Part shown: positions 25,066 through 32,000 of the stretch, piece after piece
Layout of the letters: each line of letters starts with the position of its first letter
How positions within the stretch are numbered: the stretch's first letter is position 1
Assembly: GCA_963718915.1 (NCBI GenBank)
Contig: CAVRAI010000012.1
Span: forward strand, 1 to 32,000
Direction: 5' to 3'
Length of the DNA: 32,000 nt
Source: an uncultured Chloroflexia bacterium
GTDB taxonomy: Bacteria > Chloroflexota > Ktedonobacteria > Ktedonobacterales > JADMIN01
Translations under genes and position numbers: made by a program
The notes under the pieces: model-generated
What the model was told of the DNA's origin: nothing
What the model saw: the letters and a program-made list of their open reading frames with translations, nothing else
Database searches by the model: none

Positions 25066-27344
25066 CTAGCGCGCGAGGGCGTCACCCTCGCCAAGCGCCA
25101 GCCGAATCAGCGTATCGCGTGGGGCAGCCAGCCCCGCCGTCCAGGCGCGCTGATAGTCTTCATCACTCAGCGCTACACGACATCCGGCGAGCGCATGCTC
25201 GAACGCCTCCTGTTCGGCAGGCGGACGTGGCGTGTGGCCTCTGGCGCGTAGTGTCTCGGTTCCGGCGCTGATGGTCACCGCGCGGATAGAGTTGCCCTCA
25301 GCGGCGTCGAGCGCCGCGACGGCTTCCAGACACCACGTCAGGTAGACATCGCTGCCGAAGGTGCGATAGAGCGTCAGCGCGTTGCCATAGTGCTGGCGCG
25401 CCTGCGGTCGCGCTGCTGCGCGAACGCGAGCAGTCCCAGATGCGTCTCTGCCAGCGCCTCGCCCCAGAGCGAGCCGATCTGGCGGACAACCCGTAGCGCC
25501 TCCTCATGTAGCGCGACCGCGTGCGGCATATTCCCCTGCGCCTGTGCGCTCTGAGCCCGGAAGCCGAGCGCTGTACTAAGCGCGTGCAGGTTGCCGCTCT
25601 TGCGCGCCTGCGCCAGACCCTCGTCAAAGAGGCTATCCGCCTGTGTGACATCACCTCTGCGCTGGGCAATCTGCCCAAGTATCACAAACGCATTGCTCAT
25701 ACCTTCGGCATCGTCCGCCTCGCGGGCTGTCCGCAATGACTCATCCGCCAGTGTAGCCGCGTTCTCAGTCTCGCCGCGATCATAGGCCAGCCGCGCGGCG
25801 CCAAAGAGCGTATTGGCGCGCAACGAGGGTGACGCGGGCGTCTCGCTGGCGGCGTCGAGCGCGAGAAATGCCTCCAGCCAGCCGCGCATCTCGGAGAGCA
25901 GCCCACTGAGATACCAGATGCGGCCAAATCGCGCCAGAAGCTCCATGCCTGCCGCGCCCCTGCCCGCGCCGCGCGCCCAGGTTAACGCCGCCCGCACGTT
26001 AGGCATTTCGCGCACCAGCGACGCCTCATCGCCCTCGAAGCCCGCAAAATAGGCCGCGTGACGCGCGGCACAGTCTTCTTCTTCGCCGACTGCGCGCAAA
26101 CGGTCACGGGCGTCGTCGTGAATCGTCGCCAGCATCTCGTAGCGCGCCGCGCCATCCGCCTGGATGCGCATCCGCAGCAGACTGGCGTCCACCAGCGCGA
26201 TCACATCGGGCAGCAGATCGCGCGCGGCATCTTCCGCTGGAGAGCAGACCGCCTGAATGGCTGGCAAGGTGGCGCCGCCAGCGAAGACCGCGAGATGGCG
26301 AAAGAGCGCCTGGGCGGATGGCGGCAACAGGTCATAGCTCCATCCGATGGTATGGCGTAGTGTCTGGTGGCGCGCTGGCATATCACGCGCGCCGCTCTGC
26401 GGCAGCGTCGCCCCGACGCTCAGCCGCAGGCGCAGATCCGCGAGCGAGAGCGCGCCGAGCTGAGCGGCGCACAACTCGATGGCCAGCGGCAGGCAGTCCA
26501 CCTGTTCGCAGACAGCGGCAACCTCCGCCGGAGCCAGCGGCAGATCGTCGCGGATTGTCGTGGCGCGGGCGGCGAAGAGCGTGGTGGCGTCGGGGAGCGC
26601 CAGCGGTTCGATGGCCAGCGATTGCTCGCCGCGCAGGCGCAGTGGCGTGCGGCTGGTGGCCAGCAGCGTGATATTTGGACATGCGGCCAGCAAGTCAGCT
26701 AGAAGCGGCGCGCACGCCACCACCTGCTCTATATTGTCGAGCAGCAGCAGCATATTCTGGTTGCGCAACGCCTCCGAAATCGTAACGAGCAGCGCGCCTG
26801 TCGGTGACTCGCGCAATCCCAGCGCCTGCGCCAGCGCCGCCGGAACCAGCGTCGCGTCTTGGATGGGCGCGAGGTCAACGAAGACCGCGCCCGCCACAAA
26901 CTGGCTCTCTGACTCGCGGGCAAGCTCCAGCGCGAGGCGTGTCTTGCCAACACCTCCCGGCCCGGTGATCGTGAGCAGGCGTGTCTCGGCGTGTCGCATG
27001 AGCCGCAGCCCGCGCAACACATCCTCCGCACGGCCAATCAGTGGTGTGGGCGGCAGCGGCAGGCGCGTACGCCCCGCTGGAATCGCTACGGTGGCTGGTG
27101 TCGTCTCCAGTTCGGGATGCGCGGCGGCAATCAGCGCGGCGCGATCTCCCGAGGAGAGGTCGAGCGCGGCGGCGAGTAGCTCCAGGGTCTCGGCGCGTGG
27201 GGTGCGGTTGATGCCGCGTTCGAGGTCACTCACGGCTCGGACGCTCACATTCGCGCGGGCAGCCAGCGCCTCCTGGGTGAGACCCGCGAGCGTGCGATAG
27301 CGCTTGAGCAGCGCGCCAAACGAATGCGATGAGTCTATCGCCAT
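25066..27344 (-). pseudogene. XRE-HTH / P-loop (NB-ARC/STAND-like) / TPR regulator, split by one frameshift near 25401-25406
   Basis: HTH FGALLKRYRTLAGLTQEALAARANVSVRAVSDLERG, Walker A ITGPGGVGKTRLALELA, Walker B-like MLLLLDNIEQV, and TPR repeats. The main frame stops at 25374. The TPR register continues in another frame (QARQHYGNALTLYRTFGSDVYLTWCLEAV...) through the 70-aa ORF to the stop at 25066. Confidence 0.75.
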
Positions 27345-27525
27345 GACAATCGTAATCCTGATGACCAATCTACCGCATATCTCCGCGCGATGCCAGCATG
27401 ATAGCACACCGTACCCGGACGCAAGATGTGGGAAAGCTGTGGGCGCTCGTCATGGTCTGTACCCAGTTGTGTGGGCATACTTGTCCTCAGGTGGAACAGC
27501 GAATTGTTACCGAAAGGAGCGGGGT

Positions 27526-28392
27526 ATGAGTAATCCACAGAGTGACCCGGCGGCCATCGCGATTCAGGCGGGGCGACAGCAGGTTTGGAATGACGTGGCG
27601 CGCGACTGGAGCGAGACACAGAAGATTCTGGCTCCGGCGGCGCAGGTTGTCAGCGACCGATTGATTGCGCTGGCGCATCTGACTACCGGCCAGCGCGCGC
27701 TCGATGTCGCCACAGGCGCAGGCGATCCCGCGTTGACGGCGGCTCAGGTCGTGGGGCCGTCGGGATCGGTGGTTGGGGTTGACCATGCGCCGCAGATGCT
27801 CGAAATGGCTCGGCAGCGCGCCACGGCGGCAGGGCTAAGCAACGTCACGTTTCTTGAAGGGAACGCGCAGACGCTCGATCTGCCGCCACAGAGCTTCGAC
27901 GCCGTGCTGTCGCGCTGGGGGCTGATGTTTTTCATTCCGCTCGTTCCCGCCCTCGTGGGATTCCGGCGGGCGCTGCGTCCTGGCGGGTATCTGTCCGCAG
28001 CCGTCTGGGGCACACCCCAGCAGGTACCGTTCATCAGCGCGAGTTGCGCCGCCGTCATGAGTCAGCTTGGTCGGCCACTGCCACCCCCCGACGGGCCTGG
28101 CCCCTTCAACCTCGCCGATGCGGGCAAACTGGCGCAGAGTCTGACCGAGGCCGGATTTTCCAACGTCCAGACCGAGTCGCTGACGATGAGCGTTACCTTT
28201 CCCTCAACGGATGCGTTCGTCCGCGACCAGCGCCTGGCCAACATGCTGGTCAAAACGGTGATTGAGCAGCAGCCCGAAGACCAGCACGCCGCTCTCTGGG
28301 AGACCGTCGCCCAGACGGGAGCGCGCATGGCCAATCCCGACGGCAGCATCACGCTGCACAATCTCTGCGTCTGCGTCTCCGGCCAGGCGTAG
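27526..28392 (+). CDS. Class I SAM-dependent methyltransferase (288 aa)
   Basis: AAGGAG lies 6 nt upstream of the ATG at 27526. Motif I ALDVATGAGDPAL, post-I VVGVDHAPQML, and FDAVLSRWGLMF. Divergent from the STAND-like regulator. Confidence 0.85.
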   Translation: MSNPQSDPAAIAIQAGRQQVWNDVARDWSETQKILAPAAQVVSDRLIALAHLTTGQRALDVATGAGDPALTAAQVVGPSGSVVGVDHAPQMLEMARQRATAAGLSNVTFLEGNAQTLDLPPQSFDAVLSRWGLMFFIPLVPALVGFRRALRPGGYLSAAVWGTPQQVPFISASCAAVMSQLGRPLPPPDGPGPFNLADAGKLAQSLTEAGFSNVQTESLTMSVTFPSTDAFVRDQRLANMLVKTVIEQQPEDQHAALWETVAQTGARMANPDGSITLHNLCVCVSGQA

Positions 28393-28503
28393 CGCGTCTG
28401 GGGGGAGCGGGCCGCAGGCTGAAGACCCGCGGCTCATCATGCTCGTTCCGTTCCCGCGAACTGGTGTACAGATGTACAGAGTACGGGACGAGCAGGTCTG
28501 GCT

Positions 28504-28528
28504 CCCCCTCACCTTGTGGGAGAGGGGG
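28504..28528. terminator. GC-rich hairpin between the convergent methyltransferase and MFS genes (no U-tract)
   Basis: CCCCCTC-N11-GAGGGGG, a 7-bp stem, sits 14 nt beyond the MFS stop. The lack of a T/A run makes intrinsic-terminator function uncertain. Confidence 0.3.
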
Positions 28529-28541
28529 TTGGGGTTAAAGT

Positions 28542-30140
28542 CTACTCTCCGACGTAGGCTGGCTCGCGCGGCGTCGCCTCTTCGCCACGAGCCTTGGCCT
28601 CCTTCGCCGCCTGCACCGCCGGGTCGCGCCCGACGAACAGCGCCAGGATGGCACAGAGGCCGCAGGCGATCATGACGAACATGAACGTGTCGTTCAGGCC
28701 AAGCGTGGTCGCGTGCTGTATACCGCAGGCTTTGATGGCGTCCATATGCGCAAGCAGGTTCTGTGGCGTCGGGATCGTCACGCCCGCCGCTTTGATACAG
28801 GCGGCGGCGATACCCGTCGGCGGGCGCTGCTGGAATGCGGCGGCGATATCGTTGCCATGCGTGGTCGCGCTCTGTGTCAGATAGGCCGTCAGAATCGCCA
28901 CGCCAAGCGCCGAGGCCACCTGTCGTGTCACGTTCACCAGCGACGAGGCGCGCGCCATCGCACGGTTGCTCACCACCGAGAGCGCCAGCGTCTGGAGCGG
29001 AATGTTAATCAGACCCAGGCCCAGCCCGCGCATAATCAGGTACACCTGGAGCGATTGTCCGGTCGTATTCACGTCCAGATGCGCGAAGCCCCACGTGCCC
29101 GCCGTCACCAGCACGAAGCCGAGGAAGGCCATGATGCGCGGCCCGACACGGTTATAGAGCGCGCCCGCGACGACTGTGGCCACGGCGGCGGCAAGCCCCT
29201 GCGAGATCAGAATCTCGCCTGCCGAGAGCGGCGTCAATCCCTGCACCTGCTCGAAGAAGTACGGCAGCAGGAAGAGACTGCCGAAGAGGAACGCGCCCAG
29301 CGCCCACATCAGCACATTCGAGATGGTGAAGGTGTAGTTCTTGAAGAGCCGCATATCCATCACCGGATCATTCGAACGCAGCTCGACAATCACAAAGGAG
29401 ATCAGCATCACGATGCCGATGCCCAGATAAATCTGCACGGTGTGGTCGCCCAACCCATGCGCGCCTGCCTGGGTTATTCCATAGACCAGCGTCGTGAAGC
29501 CGCCCATCGCCAGCACCAGGCCAAGCAGATCGAAGCGGTTGCTGGCGGCTGGCGCATCGCCCATCGCCGCCTGGTCTGCCGCGCGCCCGCGCAGGAAGAC
29601 CGCCGCCAGCGTGAAGGCAATCACGCCGATGGGCAGGTTGATGGTAAAGATCGCATGCCAGTCAAAGGTGGTCGTTAGAAAGCCGCCGATGGTCGGGCCA
29701 AAGGCGGGGGCCAGCAGAATTGGCACGCCGATCACTGCGGAGGCCGGGCCGCGCTCCGTCGGAGGGAAAACGCGGTAGATGATCGCGAACGCGGTCGGGA
29801 AGAGCGCGCCGCCGCCAATGCCCTGCAAGACGCGGAAGGCGATCAGCGCGGTATGGGTCGGCGCAATGGCGCAGAGGGCGGAGCCAATCGTGAAGACCGC
29901 CAGTGCGCTCAGGAAGACGGTCTTGGTGCCGATGCGGTCGGCGAGGTAGCCTGTTACCGGAATGATGGCCGCCTGCGCCAGGAAGTAGGCGGTGGCGACC
30001 CAGGTAATCGTCGCAAAGTCGGTGTGGAAGGCGTGCGCCATCTGGGGCAGCGCCACGCTCACAATCGTGTTATCGAGTACCGCCATGAACAGGCCCAGCG
30101 CCGTAATCAGCGCCGCCTGCCACTTGTAGTCCAGCCTCAT
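28542..30140 (-). CDS. MFS transporter, DHA2 (EmrB/QacA, 14-TMS) drug:H+ antiporter family
   Basis: N-terminus WQAALITALGLFMAVLDNTIVSVALPQMAHAF, LADRIGTK, 532 aa and about 14 hydrophobic segments. GAGGGGGA lies 7 nt upstream of the ATG. Confidence 0.9.
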   Translation of the reverse strand: MRLDYKWQAALITALGLFMAVLDNTIVSVALPQMAHAFHTDFATITWVATAYFLAQAAIIPVTGYLADRIGTKTVFLSALAVFTIGSALCAIAPTHTALIAFRVLQGIGGGALFPTAFAIIYRVFPPTERGPASAVIGVPILLAPAFGPTIGGFLTTTFDWHAIFTINLPIGVIAFTLAAVFLRGRAADQAAMGDAPAASNRFDLLGLVLAMGGFTTLVYGITQAGAHGLGDHTVQIYLGIGIVMLISFVIVELRSNDPVMDMRLFKNYTFTISNVLMWALGAFLFGSLFLLPYFFEQVQGLTPLSAGEILISQGLAAAVATVVAGALYNRVGPRIMAFLGFVLVTAGTWGFAHLDVNTTGQSLQVYLIMRGLGLGLINIPLQTLALSVVSNRAMARASSLVNVTRQVASALGVAILTAYLTQSATTHGNDIAAAFQQRPPTGIAAACIKAAGVTIPTPQNLLAHMDAIKACGIQHATTLGLNDTFMFVMIACGLCAILALFVGRDPAVQAAKEAKARGEEATPREPAYVGE

Positions 30141-30373
30141 GCCATTGTCCCCCTCTACCCACCAGAAAACCCACAGCCTTCCGGCGTTGTCGTCGTACGT
30201 TATCGCTTGAGAACCGGGAAATCTTCACGCTTCGACGCGGTTAGTGCAACGGACGGTGTTGCGTGGAACGCATCGGGATGATGCTGATGCTGCTGCCATC
30301 GCAGCCAAAGTAGCTAGAGTAGCCATGCGGGCACAGAGAGACGCCGTTGTGACTCAGTGCGAGTGGATTTGTT

Positions 30374-30414
30374 AAGATATATCGTTTTATAACGAAATAT
30401 ATCTTGGTCGTCAA
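30374..30414 (-). promoter_or_regulatory. Sigma70-type promoter (TTGACG-17-TATAAA) with inverted AAGATATAT arms flanking the -10
   Basis: -35 at 30409-30414 and -10 at 30386-30391 (minus strand). AAGATATAT at 30374-30382 and ATATATCTT at 30397-30405 are exact inverted repeats. The site lies about 240 nt upstream of the MFS start and downstream of the TetR gene. Confidence 0.5.
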
Positions 30415-30491
30415 GGGGCGCGGAAATTCGCTGTCGCTCGCATGGAGAGAGGCCAGCGTGTCTCAGCGCCTGATGGCGCTACACGATGACG

Positions 30492-31262
30492 CTACGATGA
30501 GCCTTCCTGTTGTAGCGCCATGGGAGCGGGATCCATCAGCGCATGGATAGCGAATGAGGTGAGCTGGTCGCGCGCGTGCTCCAGCGCCTGGGGCGACGAG
30601 AAATCGACGCCGCCAAAGATCGACTCGTAGTTTGGGAGCGAGAGCAGGTGAATCAGCACCATGCTCTTCACATGCGCCATCGCCACGTAGGGATCGACTT
30701 CCTTTCGGATAAGACCCGCCGCCTGCGCCCGTCCGATGAACTCGGAGATGGGTTTGACCCAGACAGGACACACTTGTCCGCCGCCACGCTTCGCCTCGAT
30801 GAGCGTGCCCCAACCTTCCGCCGCCTCCCAGGCCAATATCCGGCGGAGATGTGGATGCGCCACCAGATGATCGAAGTGCCAGCCCACAAACGTCTCAATG
30901 AACGAGCGCACGTGTCCGGCGTCCAGCGGCGATTCCGGGTTCCCTGCCGCCGCGAGCAGCATCTCTGTCCGCTGGAACTCTGATTCGTCGCGTTGCATGC
31001 AGACGACCTCGCGATAGAGGCCCAGTTTGTCGCCGAAGTAGTGAAAGATCAACGCTTTGTTATAGCCCGCCGCCTCGGCGATGGCATCCACCCGCGCCCC
31101 ATCGAAGCCGTCGCGGGCGAAGATCTCTTCCGCCGCGTTAAGGATGGCCTCGCGCGCTACGGGCGCCTCGCGTTCGCGCCGGTCGGCCCGCGCCACGCGG
31201 CGTTCGCGCGCGGAGAGCCGTTCGCTCCGCTGCTGCTCCCTGACATTCCCCTGCGCGGCCAT
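30492..31262 (-). CDS. TetR/AcrR-family transcriptional regulator
   Basis: HTH region ILNAAEEIFARDGFDGARVDAIAEAAGYNKALIFHYFGDKLGLY. GGGGAGG lies 6 nt upstream of the ATG at 31262. Confidence 0.9.
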   Translation of the reverse strand: MAAQGNVREQQRSERLSARERRVARADRREREAPVAREAILNAAEEIFARDGFDGARVDAIAEAAGYNKALIFHYFGDKLGLYREVVCMQRDESEFQRTEMLLAAAGNPESPLDAGHVRSFIETFVGWHFDHLVAHPHLRRILAWEAAEGWGTLIEAKRGGGQVCPVWVKPISEFIGRAQAAGLIRKEVDPYVAMAHVKSMVLIHLLSLPNYESIFGGVDFSSPQALEHARDQLTSFAIHALMDPAPMALQQEGSS

Positions 31263-31279
31263 TGACTGCCTCCCCGCAA

Positions 31280-31307
31280 TTAACCATCTGGTTAAACTAA
31301 CTGGTTA
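31280..31307. promoter_or_regulatory. Palindromic operator candidates in the TetR 5' region: TTAACCAtcTGGTTAA plus adjacent TAACTGGTTA
   Basis: The 16-bp palindrome with 7-bp arms lies at 31280-31295, 18 nt upstream of the TetR start. The second related half-palindrome lies at 31298-31307. A TTGACG -35-like hexamer lies further upstream on the minus strand. Confidence 0.45.
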
Positions 31308-31400
31308 GATACTATGCCAGTCACAGGTGGACACGTCAAGGGTCGGAGCGCGAATATACATCATAATGCGATGCATTCATCACGTACAGGGATGTGCGCA

Positions 31401-31423
31401 TGAGTGCGTATGAGTGCGTATGA
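31401..31423. repeat. Short tandem repeat, 10-mer TGAGTGCGTA x2.3
   Basis: Read directly, upstream of ridA. Confidence 0.8.
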
Positions 31424-31467
31424 TGGCTGCGCGTGATTGTACGGAAGAAAAGAGGAGCCAGACACCA

Positions 31468-31848
31468 ATGATGAAGGTCATTACCGCGCCTGATGCGCCA
31501 GAGCCTATCGGGCCGTATGCGCACGCCATTCAGGCCAACGGGTTTATCTTCTGTTCGGGGATCGCGGGCGTTGATCCACAAACGCAGGCGCTGGCGGACG
31601 GTCTGGAGCATCAGACGCGCCAGATTCTGCGCAACCTCCAGGCAATCCTGGCCGAGGCGGGCAGCGATCTGGCGCAGGTCGTCCAGGTCTCCGTCTATCT
31701 GAAAGATATGGGCGACTTCGCGCGGATGAACGCGGTCTATGCGGAGCTATTTGGCGCGCACCGGCCCGCCCGCACCTGCGTCGAGGTATCCAACCTGGCG
31801 AAGCCGGGCGCGCTCATCGTGATGGATCTCATCGCGCTGGCGGCATAG
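31468..31848 (+). CDS. ridA: RidA/YjgF/L-PSP family reactive-intermediate deaminase (126 aa)
   Basis: MMKVITAPDAPEPIGPYAHAIQANGFIFCSGIAGVDPQT ... PARTCVEVSNLAKPGALIVMDLIA is the classic RidA pattern. GAGGAG lies upstream. Confidence 0.9.
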   Translation: MMKVITAPDAPEPIGPYAHAIQANGFIFCSGIAGVDPQTQALADGLEHQTRQILRNLQAILAEAGSDLAQVVQVSVYLKDMGDFARMNAVYAELFGAHRPARTCVEVSNLAKPGALIVMDLIALAA

Positions 31849-31854
31849 CGCTGC

Positions 31855-32000
31855 TCAGCTAGACAGGCTCGCGGCTATCTGTCTGAGGATGTCTGCTGAC
31901 ACGGGACCGTTTGTAATGAGGCCGTATTGCAGGGTACCGTCGTCCCATGAGAGACTGCGCTGTTGCTCAGTTTTCTCTACGTCTCCCAGCCACCACACCT
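31855..32000 (-). CDS. Partial CDS (C-terminal 47 codons; the gene continues beyond the window)
   Basis: Open minus-strand frame VWWLGDVEKTEQQRSLSWDDGTLQYGLITNGPVSADILRQIAASLSS-stop. The ending resembles DUF4367-type C-termini (W..dG..Y.L....s.e.L..iA.SL), but the fragment is too short to be sure. Confidence 0.4.
   Translation of the reverse strand, partial: VWWLGDVEKTEQQRSLSWDDGTLQYGLITNGPVSADILRQIAASLSS

Noticed and set aside
30225-30326. 33-codon ORF in the MFS leader as a leader peptide gene
   Set aside because: It has no SD, no conserved or recognisable stalling motif, and an Ala-rich composition expected by chance in GC-rich DNA. It is mentioned only as a testable possibility.

Overview
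GC-rich bacterial chromosomal window with GGAGG-type RBSs, frequent GTG/TTG starts and ATGA stop/start overlaps. The gene content resembles Chloroflexota (Ktedonobacteria-like) or actinobacterial genomes, but taxonomy cannot be settled from this sequence. Many long ORFs in the six-frame track are antisense shadows of real genes.

Content from left to right:
(i) A CadC-like ArsR/SmtB regulator translationally coupled to a short CDF-like cation efflux protein. This cassette is bracketed by a 62-bp duplication of the 3' end of the neighbouring EamA transporter gene.
(ii) PPOX-like, RibD-C/DHFR-like and UBP-zinc-finger genes.
(iii) An ~11-kb co-directional minus-strand sugar operon behind a LacI-family regulator with a perfect operator palindrome. 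It encodes a CUT1 binding protein, two permeases, a GH35 beta-galactosidase, an orphan 264-aa protein, class I xylose isomerase, an SDR, a LarA-family nickel-pincer epimerase/racemase homologue and a 615-aa PGI-like protein.
(iv) A lower-GC 0.7-kb spacer, a DUF1345-like protein and two paralogous small membrane proteins.
(v) A solo IS200/IS605-type tnpB with intact RuvC and Zn-ribbon motifs.
(vi) A 613-aa protein with a Vps62/DUF946-like domain, a coiled coil and TM helices.
(vii) dnaN without dnaA.
(viii) An indel-disrupted DUF2269-like gene, DUF2277, a frameshifted XRE/P-loop/TPR regulator and a SAM methyltransferase.
(ix) A TetR plus DHA2-MFS pair, RidA and a partial gene at the right edge.

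I found no rRNA, tRNA or CRISPR array.

Best candidates for something undescribed:
- the LarA/XylA/SDR/PGI-like half of the sugar operon, including its orphan gene;
- the membrane-anchored Vps62-like protein;
- a shared AAGATATATCTT promoter/operator motif at two loci.
None of these can be proven novel without database searches.
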